Positions 46,894 to 56,752 of a stretch of 64,000 nucleotides of DNA are shown in pieces (the first letter of the stretch is position 1; every line of letters begins with the position of its first letter). Both the position numbers and the translations under genes were made by a program. The stretch lies in the IMG/VR virus record IMGVR_UViG_3300047089_000113, positions 1-64,000 of that record; one strand, written 5' to 3'. The stretch is from a virus. The notes below the pieces were generated by a model. That model searched no databases, was not told where the DNA came from, and saw only the letters and a program-made list of their open reading frames with translations.

Positions 46894-47307
46894 TCAGGGG
46901 TGCTCATCGGCGGTGATCTTCTCCTTCTTGATGAAGCGGGCCAGCACGACCCCGCCGCCCCTGTCCCAGCACAGCGAGCACCGCCAGCCGAACTCGGCCT
47001 GCTCGACCTCGGTTATGTGCCTGTCGCAGACCCCGGACGGCGCGATGTGCTCGTGCGGGCAGCCGATCCAGGCTTTCCATGCCTCGGGCTGGTCACAGCG
47101 CCGGGTGCCGTGGTAGACCACGCAGCCGCTGTCGGTATGGCGGCGGGCCGCGCGGTTGTCCCAGTGCGGGTAGAGCCCGCCGCCGGTAGCACGGTCCAGG
47201 GCCTGCTGAATAGGGTCACCGGGATCGCCCATGGTGAGCATGCCCGGCGGCGGGCCTAGCAGCTCGTCGTCACGATCGCGTTGATCGGACACCGTTGATC
47301 CGCTCAT
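46894..47307 (-). CDS. Cys-rich hypothetical protein
   Basis: 137 aa with C…C…CPHEH…C…CSLC. Confidence 0.5.
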   Translation of the reverse strand: MSGSTVSDQRDRDDELLGPPPGMLTMGDPGDPIQQALDRATGGGLYPHWDNRAARRHTDSGCVVYHGTRRCDQPEAWKAWIGCPHEHIAPSGVCDRHITEVEQAEFGWRCSLCWDRGGGVVLARFIKKEKITADEHP

Positions 47308-47419
47308 CAGTCACCTTGCCCAGCAGGCAGATCACGAAGTCGGCGTACCGGGGCAGGTTCAGGAACGCATTGAGCACGTCCAGCCGCTCGGCCTCGCTGG
47401 TGGTAGACACGGTGATCAT

Positions 47420-47611
47420 CTACAGCGCCTTGATCAGGACGCCGAGCTGGGTGAACGTCCACTTGATGCCGGTCCCGACGCCGCTCATGAACGGGGCACC
47501 GCTGGTGCCGGGCGTGCTGATGATGCCGATGATCCAGAACACGATCAGCACCGCCGCGATGGTCAGCGCCGCGCCGAAGACCTTGATCGCGCCTTCCAGG
47601 ATGCTGCTCAT
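47420..47611 (-). CDS. Small membrane protein
   Basis: 63 aa, hydrophobic. Confidence 0.55.
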   Translation of the reverse strand: MSSILEGAIKVFGAALTIAAVLIVFWIIGIISTPGTSGAPFMSGVGTGIKWTFTQLGVLIKAL

Positions 47612-47938
47612 GACGGCTCGGCGCTCACGTCGATGTTGTCCCCCAGCTCGCCCAGGCGGTCGCAGATGATGTTGTAACCGTCCGAGGTGATGCCCATCTC
47701 GTGCCCGGCGTCCTCATACTCGGGGTCGATCGTCATCGTGATGCGGATCTTCACGACCGCCCCCAGAACCAGTCAGCGCGGCAGGAGACCTGCTCGTGCC
47801 GGGAGTCGCCCGGCGCGACGGGCAGGACGCTCTGCCAGTAGTAGGTGCCGCCAGCCTGGCCGGTGAACCGGTACCGCGTTCTCGCCATCATCGTTCCTCA
47901 TCGTTGCCGTCTCGGAGCAGGGTATCAGGCCGGTGTCC

Positions 47939-48163
47939 TCACTTCTTGCCCTTCTTCGCCCCGCCGCCTCGCCCGCCCCTGCCCTTGGCGTGCTGTTCCC
48001 TGCGGGCCTTGCTGATCTTCGCCCGGTAGGCCGGGTCCTTCCAGGTGGCCGCCGCACCCTGGGACTGGCGCTTGCGAAATTCCTCATCCTCGTAGTGCTT
48101 CTTCATCGCCGCCGCCTTCTTGGCGGCTATCTCGGCCTTCTTGGCTTCGTCATCGTCGGCCAC
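47939..48163 (-). CDS. Small basic protein (NUMOD3-like nucleic-acid-binding repeats)
   Basis: 74 aa; tandem Y.DEEFRKRQS / WKDPAYRAKIS repeats. Confidence 0.6.
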   Translation of the reverse strand: MADDDEAKKAEIAAKKAAAMKKHYEDEEFRKRQSQGAAATWKDPAYRAKISKARREQHAKGRGGRGGGAKKGKK

Positions 48164-48167
48164 TGGC

Positions 48168-48929
48168 CTATGACCGCAGCCAGTCCTCGACGCCCGGCGT
48201 CATGCTGCCGAAGTCCGGGCCGGGCACCAGCCCGATCGACTCGGACGTGATGACGCCCGCGTGGATCAGCACCACGATCACGCGCGCCAGCTTGGAGACG
48301 TTCAGCACTTCCACCTGGTGCGGCTGCTGGGCCATGTACAGGTCGGGGAACTCCCGCTCGTTGCGCTCGGCGTCGGCTGTCGCCCAGGCGGGCGGCTCCG
48401 GGACGGGCTGCGGCCGGTCATCGCCCAGCACCTGCCGCATCACCTCGGCTTGCGCCTCGGTCGGCGTGGTCTGCCCCCTGCGCACCCGCTCGCGGAGCTG
48501 GCTGATGTCGTAGCCAGCCTCGGCCTCGGCCGCCCATCGCTCGATCATCGCCTCGGTGATGATCTTGCCGCTCTTGGTGCGGTACAGCGGCGGGGGCAGC
48601 CAGCCCTCGGCCTCGGCCTGGGTCTGCGCCATGGCAGTATCCAGGCGCTGCTGCTCGGGCGGCGTCAGCTCGTGCTCGCTGCCGACATAGCGGAACCGCA
48701 GCACCGGACGCCCGGCTACCGGGTACTCCATGCCGGTGAGGGTCATCCGGTACTCGCCAGCCGGTAGCTGGCCGGGCAGCCCGTCGATCCTGATCTCGCA
48801 GTGCCGGGCGCTGGCCAGGTCGGTCGGCTCGTCGCCGTGCCGCTCGCGGTATGTCTCGTCGCTCTCACCGGGCTGCGGGCCGTCCGGGTCAGGGGCCAGG
48901 CCCTCGCAGCCCGCGTCGTTGCTCATCAT
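48168..48929 (-). CDS. Hypothetical protein
   Basis: 253 aa with normal codon bias; contains a WAAEAEAGYD motif. Confidence 0.55.
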   Translation of the reverse strand: MMSNDAGCEGLAPDPDGPQPGESDETYRERHGDEPTDLASARHCEIRIDGLPGQLPAGEYRMTLTGMEYPVAGRPVLRFRYVGSEHELTPPEQQRLDTAMAQTQAEAEGWLPPPLYRTKSGKIITEAMIERWAAEAEAGYDISQLRERVRRGQTTPTEAQAEVMRQVLGDDRPQPVPEPPAWATADAERNEREFPDLYMAQQPHQVEVLNVSKLARVIVVLIHAGVITSESIGLVPGPDFGSMTPGVEDWLRS

Positions 48930-49154
48930 CAGGTCCAGTGCCTCCAGACGTGGGCGACGGTGATCACGAAGATCGCCGCCAGCAGGACGATGACGGTCGT
49001 CAGGTCGGTGCCGATGCTCATCATCGCTGCGTCTCTCCGTTTTTGTGCTCGCGCTTCCAGCGGTGCCGGTCAGCGATCCTGAACAGGACCGGCCGGGCCG
49101 CGAGGATCGCCAGGATCGCCAGCGTGACCAGCACGCCCGTCCACAGAGCCGGGC

Positions 49155-49406
49155 TCATGAGTCATCCTCCGGGAGGAACACCCAGGCTTGGGGCACGGTT
49201 TTCAGCGCCTCATCGCCCAGGAAGTAGACGTTGGACCGGAAGACCTCGATGCCCTTGGTGATCTGCTCGTGGCCGCCTTCCACGATGGCCAGCGCCGTAG
49301 CGCGCGGCATCGGGGTGCCCTCAGTGTCGGCGTAGTTCTCCATCAGGTAGCGGACCACCTGGCTGAAGCTGGTGCAGGGCTCGGTGCCCTCGTACCGCTC
49401 GCTCAT
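49155..49406 (-). CDS. Hypothetical protein
   Basis: 83 aa after an ACGATGAGG motif. Confidence 0.55.
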   Translation of the reverse strand: MSERYEGTEPCTSFSQVVRYLMENYADTEGTPMPRATALAIVEGGHEQITKGIEVFRSNVYFLGDEALKTVPQAWVFLPEDDS

Positions 49407-49744
49407 CGTTTATCCTCATCGTCGTGCGGGTGCGTCTCACCCGCTTCCGGTGTAAACATAGCAGGCTGCACGGGCATTCCTGGCAGGACCGGCTGGCCGG
49501 TGTAGGGGTGGCTCATCATCATGCCGTGGATCGGGCAGTGGATCTGCGGCGGGTAGGGGTCCTCGCGGTCGTACGCCATCGCGCAGTTGCACAGGATCGG
49601 CGCGAAGAACTGGACCAGCTCGATCCGCTTCAGCATCTCGGAGCGTTCATACTCCTGAACGCGCTCCATGTGCTCGCGCTGAGCGCGGGTCAGCCGCTGC
49701 TGCGGCTGGCCGAACAGCTCGCTCAGGTCGTTGATCTCCGTCAT
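49403..49744 (-). CDS. Hypothetical protein (CNC…CPIHG)
   Basis: Start moved to MTEINDLS (ATGA overlap). Confidence 0.5.
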   Translation of the reverse strand: MTEINDLSELFGQPQQRLTRAQREHMERVQEYERSEMLKRIELVQFFAPILCNCAMAYDREDPYPPQIHCPIHGMMMSHPYTGQPVLPGMPVQPAMFTPEAGETHPHDDEDKR

Positions 49745-49956
49745 GCCGCCCGCCGGGCCGCGCGGCCGATCTTGCGCCGGATGCGCCCGCGCTGGGCGGG
49801 CGTCTGGTGGCCGGTGACCGCTCCTGTCTCCAGGTCGCGCAGCCCGTAACTGGCCAGCCGCCGCTCGTAGCTCATCGGCACCGTGTCCGGGGTGCCCTTC
49901 TTGCCGAGCCGGGTGCCCCGCCTGCGCCCGCGCACCCTGCGCCTGCTCGTGCTCAT
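49741..49956 (-). CDS. Small Arg-rich protein
   Basis: 71 aa after an ACGATGAGGGAG motif. Confidence 0.5.
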   Translation of the reverse strand: MSTSRRRVRGRRRGTRLGKKGTPDTVPMSYERRLASYGLRDLETGAVTGHQTPAQRGRIRRKIGRAARRAA

Positions 49957-50318
49957 CGTGTATCACTCCCTCATCGTAGAGATGCTGCCGCCAGGCGGCG
50001 ACAGCATCTGCGGCCTTCAAGCGTACCCCCGCGATCAGCGCAGATCCGCAGGTACAGCCGATCTCGGCCCGCCAGCCGTACCCGTGGATCGTGATCGCGT
50101 GACCGCGCATGGATCAGGTCCGCCGCCGTCCCCGCGTCCGCGCCCGGATGGCGCGCAGCCCCGGCATGTTCTTCTGCAAGATCCGGTTCTCGACAACGTG
50201 TATGCCTATCCGGTTTGACCTGGCCCTTCGCAGCAGGAAATCCTGCTTGGCCTTGCCTCTCACCGCGCCTCCTAGTGTTGGATCGTGTTGATTCTCACCC
50301 TGCGTAGATAACCGCAGC

Positions 50319-50609
50319 TCACCCTAGCCGCAGGTCGTAGATGCCGAGCACGCCGCCATCGGCGGGCACGGTGCCGAGGCTCGGCACGCGGTTGTGCTCG
50401 AACGTGGACGCCTGCCAGGCGTCGGCGGCGGCCTGGTCGCGGTAGACGTACCCGGCCACCTGCGCCGGATCGACATCCTGCCGCCCGAGGTCCGCCAGCG
50501 CCTGGATCACCACCCCGGCGGGGGCTCGCACCGGCCTGCCGTGCGTCCGCTCCAGCTCGGCGCGGCGGCGGTTCCGCCCGGTCTCCCGCTGGTAATCGTC
50601 CCAGGTCAT
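50319..50609 (-). CDS. Hypothetical protein
   Basis: Start MTWDDYQ with ATGA coupling. Confidence 0.5.
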   Translation of the reverse strand: MTWDDYQRETGRNRRRAELERTHGRPVRAPAGVVIQALADLGRQDVDPAQVAGYVYRDQAAADAWQASTFEHNRVPSLGTVPADGGVLGIYDLRLG

Positions 50610-50905
50610 GGCGCATCTGAGCACCGGTCACGCCCCAGGAACTTCTCCATGCAGCGCTGCATCGCGCCGGGCTTGCCGCAGCGGTCCATCCCGCGCAGCG
50701 GGGCCTGGCACGTCTTCGGCTCGGGCAGCGGCGGCGCTTCGGCGTACGTTTCCGAGCGCCTGAGAGCCGCTGAGAGCCGCGCCCGCTCGCCGGGGTCCAG
50801 GGCTGCGGTTGCGTCCCCCAGGGGGCCGTCAGCGGCTCTCAGGGCCTCGCGCAGGGCCGTCCGCGCCATGGCCGCGTCGGTCTGCTCGGCGCTGGTCGCG
50901 CTCAC
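50606..50905 (-). CDS. Hypothetical protein
   Basis: 99 aa, coupled to neighbours. Confidence 0.45.
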   Translation of the reverse strand: MSATSAEQTDAAMARTALREALRAADGPLGDATAALDPGERARLSAALRRSETYAEAPPLPEPKTCQAPLRGMDRCGKPGAMQRCMEKFLGRDRCSDAP

Positions 50906-51123
50906 GACGGGATCACCCGCTCGGGCAGCGCGGCGGTGATCTTCCGCAGCCGCCCGCCCTGGCCCTCGGTCATGACCACCGGCTCGACCGCGACGGAGCG
51001 GGCATCGCCAGCCGCCATCGTGTCCACGGCAAGATCCCAGACGCGCACGAATGTCCGCAGGTCAGCCATGGTGAGCCAGCCCTGCTTGGTCTCGGTGACG
51101 ACTTGCACGGACGTCGTGCTCAC
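50902..51123 (-). CDS. Hypothetical protein
   Basis: GTG start (VSTTSVQ), GTGA overlap. Confidence 0.45.
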   Translation of the reverse strand: MSTTSVQVVTETKQGWLTMADLRTFVRVWDLAVDTMAAGDARSVAVEPVVMTEGQGGRLRKITAALPERVIPS

Positions 51124-51629
51124 TCGGCCACGGCTTCGTGGTCGGCCGCGTCCCAGGCCGCCTGCCAGTCGATCGGCTCGAACGGCGTCTCGACCGGCAT
51201 GACCGGCTGCGCGATGCCCAGGTGCGCCAGGATCGCGTTCAGCTTGGCGTCCAGGCCCGCCAGGCTCACGCCGGGGCTCGGCACCCGCGCCCCCGCCAGG
51301 ACACCCGCCTGGGTGGCGCTGGCGACGATCTCGCCGGGGCTCGGCATGCCGGGCAGCGGGTCGGGCTGCGCGAGCTGTTCCGGGGTGATCCCGGCATCGC
51401 GCGCCGAGGCCACGATCCGCTGCTGGCGGTACTCGGTCATGGTCACTTCCCACGCCTCTGCCAGCCCTTCCTGTGACTCGAACAGCCCTCTGTCGCGCAT
51501 GTGGCGCTCGATGTTTCCGGGGTTGCTGAGCTTCGGCGTATCGGCCAGGTCCCGCCAGTACTTCGCAGCCCATCCCACCTGGTCAGACCGGTCGCGCTGC
51601 TCCTTGAGCCAGCCGCTAAAAGTTACCAC
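51120..51629 (-). CDS. Hypothetical protein with YozE/SAM-like N-terminus
   Basis: F..WL..Q.DR.D.VG..A pattern. Confidence 0.55.
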   Translation of the reverse strand: MVTFSGWLKEQRDRSDQVGWAAKYWRDLADTPKLSNPGNIERHMRDRGLFESQEGLAEAWEVTMTEYRQQRIVASARDAGITPEQLAQPDPLPGMPSPGEIVASATQAGVLAGARVPSPGVSLAGLDAKLNAILAHLGIAQPVMPVETPFEPIDWQAAWDAADHEAVAE

Positions 51630-51815
51630 CTGTAATCATCTGCTCCCTCATCGTTGCCGAGCGTGCTGCATGCCCGTCCCAGGCTGTCCCAGGATGTCTC
51701 GCGCCGGTCACGGGCTCACGGGCTGAGGCCCGCGACCGGCACTCCCGATCCTACCGCCTGAGTACACCGCTCGCATCTCATCCTCTCAAGTTCTACATGA
51801 ATCCTCGGAATCCTC

Positions 51816-52013
51816 GCTGCGGGTGTGTGCGCAGTTTTCCTTACTTACTACCCCCTTAAATTCTCCGGTCCATAAAGGTAAGAGAAAAGATGCCCGCACC
51901 CCCGCATACACCCGCACACACCCGCACCGAACTTCTACTTACAACACCCGCACACCCGCATTCCTGTGTTTACACGCTTCAGGATTGCGGGTGTTGGTTT
52001 TGTACACCCGCAA
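51816..52013. repeat. Iteron-like CACCCGCA cluster with AT-rich core: candidate replication origin
   Basis: About 7 direct and 2 inverted (C)ACCCGCA-like copies around an AT-rich stretch (51835-51890), right after the helicase gene. Confidence 0.6.
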
Positions 52014-53460
52014 CGTAGATTCCGCTCAATCCTGGAGGCGGAACCAGCATGATCCGGCGTGATTTCTTGTGACCGTCAAGCGGCCTGGAGACCATCCAGC
52101 CGCTGTCCCTCAGCGCCGCCGTGCACCGGTCCAGCCGGGCACTGACAAGCCTCGGCGTCCACTCCCGCCCGCTCATCAGCGGGAGCTGGAGCTTGATCAG
52201 CAGGTCCCGCGCGGTGCCTTCCCACGGCTGCGTGATCTTCTCCGTGATGTACCAGGACACCGGGTCATCATCGAGCTGATCGGTGTAGCTGATCGCCTGC
52301 CCGGCCTTCCACGTGCCCAGCGCCTGCGTGCCCCACATCGCGTCACACGCCATCAGCACCCGCGCGAAGTCGGGCATGGTCTCGCCCTGCGGCGCATTAA
52401 TCCTCGGCAGCATGGCCATCACCGTGCACAGCGTGTCGAACAGCCAGCCCAGGGCTTCCGGGTGCGCCCGCTCCCACGCCGCCGCCAGCTCGACGTCCCC
52501 GAGGAAGGTCCCCGGCGGCATCAGCTCGTGCACAGCCGCGCGCCGCACCAGGTCCCCGCGAATGCTCATCTCGATGGTGTTGATGATCACCGACACCGGG
52601 TCGAACTGGACGGCGAACAGCTCGGCGTCCTTGTAGAGCTTGCGCGCGGTGAAGCTGTCCCCGCTGGCCGCCTTGCAGATCAGGTCCGACTGGTAGCCGC
52701 TCAGCCCGCTCACGTTGTCATGGCCGATGCAGTGCGTGTTGGACGCCAGCGCCGCCCAGTCCTTCGGGTCCTTGCCGAGCTGGGCCATGTAGCCGCCCAG
52801 CCAGCCGACCGTCATCCTCGTAGTGCCTGTCTTGGCGGTTCCCGGCTGGCCGGTGAAGATCTCGACCGGCAGCGTGCAGCCGGGCATGCACGCCATCAGG
52901 CGGCAGGCCGAGTAGACCGCCTTGGCATCCCAGTCCCGCAGGTTGACCAGGGAAAGCGCGGGCACTCCGCTGCCGCCTGGCACCGGCACGGGCAGCGGAG
53001 CGGTGAAGGAGTTGCGCCGGAACAGCGCGTTTCCGCGCGTGCTGATCTCCCAGCCGTATGGCCCGGCGAGCACGGCGGCACCGTCATCGCGCCCGAGGTC
53101 GATGGCGATCCGGCCGTCACTGAGCCGGGCGGTGCGCAGGTGGGGCTTGACCTTCGGGGCGTCCCCGGCCTCGCCCTTGATGATGCTCATGACCGCGCCC
53201 AGCGCCTCGGAGCTGGTGGTCATGCCGAGCAGTTTGTACAGGTGAGCGGACAGCAGGTCTTTCAGGCCGATCGTGCCGTCCAGCGGGATCGCCACGCCGG
53301 GCACGGCCTGGTTCACCACGTAGGGATCACCGCCGGTTGACGCGCCGATCCGGTAGTTGTCCTTGAAGATGGCCAGCAGTGCCCGCTGCGGCGGGATCTT
53401 GGCACCGGTCGGCGCGGCGGCGGCGACCTCGGCCGCCCAGGCGTCCCCCAGCCTGGCCAT
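51979..53460 (-). CDS. Primase-associated P-loop ATPase/helicase
   Basis: Walker A GQPGTAKT, Walker B-like HDNVS, RKLY.D and GDLVRR motifs; C-terminal winged helix. Confidence 0.8.
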   Translation of the reverse strand: MARLGDAWAAEVAAAAPTGAKIPPQRALLAIFKDNYRIGASTGGDPYVVNQAVPGVAIPLDGTIGLKDLLSAHLYKLLGMTTSSEALGAVMSIIKGEAGDAPKVKPHLRTARLSDGRIAIDLGRDDGAAVLAGPYGWEISTRGNALFRRNSFTAPLPVPVPGGSGVPALSLVNLRDWDAKAVYSACRLMACMPGCTLPVEIFTGQPGTAKTGTTRMTVGWLGGYMAQLGKDPKDWAALASNTHCIGHDNVSGLSGYQSDLICKAASGDSFTARKLYKDAELFAVQFDPVSVIINTIEMSIRGDLVRRAAVHELMPPGTFLGDVELAAAWERAHPEALGWLFDTLCTVMAMLPRINAPQGETMPDFARVLMACDAMWGTQALGTWKAGQAISYTDQLDDDPVSWYITEKITQPWEGTARDLLIKLQLPLMSGREWTPRLVSARLDRCTAALRDSGWMVSRPLDGHKKSRRIMLVPPPGLSGIYVAGVQNQHPQS

Positions 53461-53861
53461 CAGACTGTAACCGCTGAGTACACGACAAATCGGCGCTGGT
53501 CAGCTAGGATCGTCATCGTCAGTGTCTCCTGTTCTCGGCATGGAGTGCTGGCCTCGCGGGTGCTTCTGCCAGGAAGCGCCCGAAGGCGTAGGCGCGGGCT
53601 GATAGCCAATGCGACTCGGGGATCAGCCCGCCCGGCCCACACTAGTCCGCGACCGGCCGGTAGGGCAGGCCCGGCACCGGGTGATTTCACGGGTCCACCC
53701 CGCAGCACTCGGCCAGCCAGCCCATCTCGCCGTCATACCACCGGATCAGCTCCCCGGCTCCGAACCGCGCGCCGCAGCCCCGGCAGAAGCCGTCATACAG
53801 GGACAGCCGCCAGGAGCCCAGGCCGGTGGCCCGCTGGGACATCCGCCACAGTGACTCCCAG

Positions 53862-54068
53862 TCATAGCTGTGCGGCGTGCCGCGCGACGGCATGGGCGTC
53901 CATCCAGTCGTACCAGCGGGCTCCGTGCACGTCGGGGCTGGGCGTGCCGTTGACGGTGCCGTTGCGCCCGGTATAGGAGACGCACATCTCGCCCTTGGCC
54001 GCGCCGCAGGCCCGGCACGCGATGGCCGCCCTGATCCGGGTGCGGATGCCCGGATGCCTACTGCCCAC
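53862..54068 (-). CDS. Small Zn-finger protein
   Basis: CRAC.A..G..C…H..R actinophage motif. Confidence 0.55.
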   Translation of the reverse strand: MGSRHPGIRTRIRAAIACRACGAAKGEMCVSYTGRNGTVNGTPSPDVHGARWYDWMDAHAVARHAAQL

Positions 54069-55041
54069 TGCCCCGCCAGGACGCGAAGGCCATGTGCTCC
54101 TGCTGCCGCTGGCGGCTGATGAACTTGCGTGCACTCTCCACGCACACCAGCACCTCCCGCCACGTGAAGTCCCGTTGATCACTGGCTTCCCAGATCTCGC
54201 GGATGATGCCGACCACGATCGACGCGACGTCCGGCTCAGTCCCGTACCGGCGGTAGAGAGAGCACGCGACCCGGTAGACCGTGTGGTTGCGCTCCCCCAC
54301 CGGGACACCGGTCTTGCGCAGCTCGCCCACGTCCGGCGGCGGATTAGCAGTGCTTCCCTGCTGCTGCTGCTGCGGCGCGGACATCGCCCACGCAGGCAGC
54401 CAGGCCGGTGCCCACGGTGCTCCCGCCATGCACGGGCAGCCGTGCTCCCAGGCGTACGGCACCGGGACCGGCTCGACCCGCTCGCCGTCCCTCCCGTCCG
54501 GCATGATCAGCCGCGCGGACGGGGCCGCGAGCACGTAGCCGCCGTCCCCCTTCAGGTCCACGCCGGGCAGGATGCCGGGACGCTCGGGGACGGCCAGGCC
54601 GGGCGGCAGCCGCATCCACAGGTGCACGCCACCGCTAGGCGTCCGCGCTACCGGGTGACCGGCCATGGTGCTGATGGGGCTGCCGTGCAGAAATTCAACC
54701 AGCGAGTCCATGCCGTTGGCCGTGCCCTTGACGTCGCAGTCGATCACGGCGAGCGCGGAGACCTGCCCCGTCGCAACCCCGATGCCCGCCGCCGGGTCGT
54801 TGCTCCACCAGCGGCGTATCTGTGCCGGGTCAGTGCTGGCCCAGTGCACCCCGCCTTCCGGCGGGAGCATCCGGTGCGGCTTCTTGCCTCCGCGCTCGCA
54901 CGGAAGGACAGCGTATCCCCAGGACGCATAGCGCAGGGCCATAACGCCGAAGCCGATCTGGCCGACCTCCCCGCCAGCCGGTACCGCCCAGCTATGCCCG
55001 CAGTTCACGGCTCGCCGCCTGCCACAGAGTCTCCCAGTCAA
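54058..55041 (-). CDS. Bifunctional DNA primase/polymerase (Prim-Pol) with PriCT-like C-terminus
   Basis: VLPC…KKP…ASTD…WW…IGVATG…VIDCD…TPSGGVHLW…GVDLKGDGGYVLAAPS; G.RN motif. Exact start uncertain. Confidence 0.9.
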   Translation of the reverse strand: MTGRLCGRRRAVNCGHSWAVPAGGEVGQIGFGVMALRYASWGYAVLPCERGGKKPHRMLPPEGGVHWASTDPAQIRRWWSNDPAAGIGVATGQVSALAVIDCDVKGTANGMDSLVEFLHGSPISTMAGHPVARTPSGGVHLWMRLPPGLAVPERPGILPGVDLKGDGGYVLAAPSARLIMPDGRDGERVEPVPVPYAWEHGCPCMAGAPWAPAWLPAWAMSAPQQQQQGSTANPPPDVGELRKTGVPVGERNHTVYRVACSLYRRYGTEPDVASIVVGIIREIWEASDQRDFTWREVLVCVESARKFISRQRQQEHMAFASWRGSGQ

Positions 55042-55294
55042 TCGGCGGCGGTGTCCCGGTCAGCGACCAGTGTCTGAGGATGTCTCCTTGAGGTGGCTCC
55101 ATCCTGTCGGCCAGGCGGTTGATGGCGGTAGCCAGCCCGTCGATCGACTCAGCCACCGTGCTGAGCCCTTCGTATGCTGCCGAGCCCGCGCCTTCTATCG
55201 CCGGGCCGACAGGACTGCGCAGGCCCTGGCCGCCAAGCGCCATGGCCACGCCTTCCAGCATCTCGGCTATGTCGTGCGGGTTGACGCCGGTCAC
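54992..55294 (-). CDS. Hypothetical protein
   Basis: GTG start (VTGVNPH), GTGA overlap. Confidence 0.5.
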   Translation of the reverse strand: MTGVNPHDIAEMLEGVAMALGGQGLRSPVGPAIEGAGSAAYEGLSTVAESIDGLATAINRLADRMEPPQGDILRHWSLTGTPPPIDWETLWQAASRELRA

Positions 55295-55527
55295 TGCGCC
55301 GCCTGCTGGGCCTCGGCGGTGAGCAGCCGGGCGAACAGGGTGCCGAAGTCCACGATGCCGGTCTGCACCGACGCGATCACCAGCCGCCGCTGGAAGACCT
55401 CGACCAGCGCGAACGTGTAGATATCCTCGGTGCCGGGCACCTGGTACATCCCCTGCTCGACCGCGCCGGGCGAGACCTCGTGCACCTTGCCCGCGAACGG
55501 GCCGTCCATCCATACCGGGCTGACCAT
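55291..55527 (-). CDS. Hypothetical protein (DGP.AG motif)
   Basis: First gene of the leftward arm, after an ACGATGAGGGAG motif. Confidence 0.55.
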   Translation of the reverse strand: MVSPVWMDGPFAGKVHEVSPGAVEQGMYQVPGTEDIYTFALVEVFQRRLVIASVQTGIVDFGTLFARLLTAEAQQAAQ

Positions 55528-55583
55528 GTTCTCTCCCTCATCGTGATCGGCGTACTCAGGCACCACTGTACCGGCGGAATCGC

Positions 55584-55608
55584 TAGGATGTCCTTGGTGT
55601 TTACACCA
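55584..55608 (+). promoter_or_regulatory. Divergent control region: TAGGAT -10-like box followed by the palindrome TGGTGTTTACACCA
   Basis: Sits at the strand switch between the left and right arms. Confidence 0.6.
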
Positions 55609-55657
55609 GTGACCGGCGCATCCCGCGACCGGGGATGACGTTAAAGGAGAGAGTCAA

Positions 55658-56605
55658 ATGGGAGAGCGCCCGAGAGGCCCGCTGCCCGGCTGGCAGCCGC
55701 AGCCCGGCTTCCAGGCCGCGCTGCTGGCCGACATCATGGACCGGCTGAACCAGCACGACCGCGAGGGAACGCTGCCGCGCTCCCCGCGCGGGCTGTTCTA
55801 CGACCTGCGCCCGTCCGGCTACGGCCGGGGCATCACCTACACCAAGTACCCGGCGATGCACCGGGTGGGCACCCAGCAGCGCAAGGTCAACCCGATGGAC
55901 GCCTCCGTATCTCACGTGCAGGAAGTCCTGGCCCTGGCCCGGCGAGCCGGGCTCGTGCGCGAGAGCTGGATAGAGGACACCCGCGCCCCGCTCCCGGCGG
56001 TGCCGTCCTACGACACCGAGACCGCCGAGCAGGTGGCCGGGCAGCTAGCCGATATGGTCCGCAACCCGGCCCTGGAGTACAGCCCGCAGGAGGACCAGGA
56101 GACCTACCTGGAGGTGCTGGTGGAGGCCGCCGGGCTGATCAGCCGCCTGGAGCGGATCGCCGCGCCGTACGGCGTGCCGGTCTACTCCGGTGGCGGGTAC
56201 GGCGGCATCAAGGGCAAGCGGGCGGCAGGTGGCCGCGCCGCGCGCCGCGAGGTGCCGACCGTGGTGCTCCAGGTCACCGACTACGACGACCACGGGCTGA
56301 GGATCGCCCGCGCGTCAACGGAGGACAGCACCGCCTGGGCCGAGCAGTACTACGACGCGGAGCCGGGCTGGCTGACGTTCGAGCGGATCGCGCTGACCGA
56401 GGACCAGGCCGCCAGCGCCGACCTGCTCGACCAGTTCGGCAAGGCCGAGGCGGACGGGCTGCCGGTGCCGGTCATGGACCAGATCCTGCGCGATGCGATC
56501 GAGGGCTACCAGGACCCGGCCCTGCGCGAGCAGACCATCGCCCGCGCCGCCGGGGAGCGCGAGCGCGTCCCGGATCTGGTCCGGGAGCTGCTGGCCCAGG
56601 ACTAG
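55658..56605 (+). CDS. Topo VI-A/Spo11-like winged helix + TOPRIM protein
   Basis: RGLFY…ARRAGL..WIED…EVLVEA..L…YGV.V…GY…TDYDDHG..I motifs. Confidence 0.7.
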   Translation: MGERPRGPLPGWQPQPGFQAALLADIMDRLNQHDREGTLPRSPRGLFYDLRPSGYGRGITYTKYPAMHRVGTQQRKVNPMDASVSHVQEVLALARRAGLVRESWIEDTRAPLPAVPSYDTETAEQVAGQLADMVRNPALEYSPQEDQETYLEVLVEAAGLISRLERIAAPYGVPVYSGGGYGGIKGKRAAGGRAARREVPTVVLQVTDYDDHGLRIARASTEDSTAWAEQYYDAEPGWLTFERIALTEDQAASADLLDQFGKAEADGLPVPVMDQILRDAIEGYQDPALREQTIARAAGERERVPDLVRELLAQD

Positions 56606-56752
56606 TGATAGCCTCCGGGGAATGCCTGGTGTACGCAGGGTGTTGACACCAACTGCGGCCACCAGGCCGCCAAGGTCACGATCAAGATCAAGATGATCCT
56701 GGCCAGTCTCTATGCCCCGTCCTGGGGCTGACTAGCAAAGGAAGTACCACAA

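Noticed and set aside
48440-48600. CopG/RHH antitoxin-like segment (WAAEAEAGYD) in the 253-aa ORF
   Set aside because: Only the short N-terminal-like motif is present. No ribbon-helix-helix follows and no toxin is adjacent.
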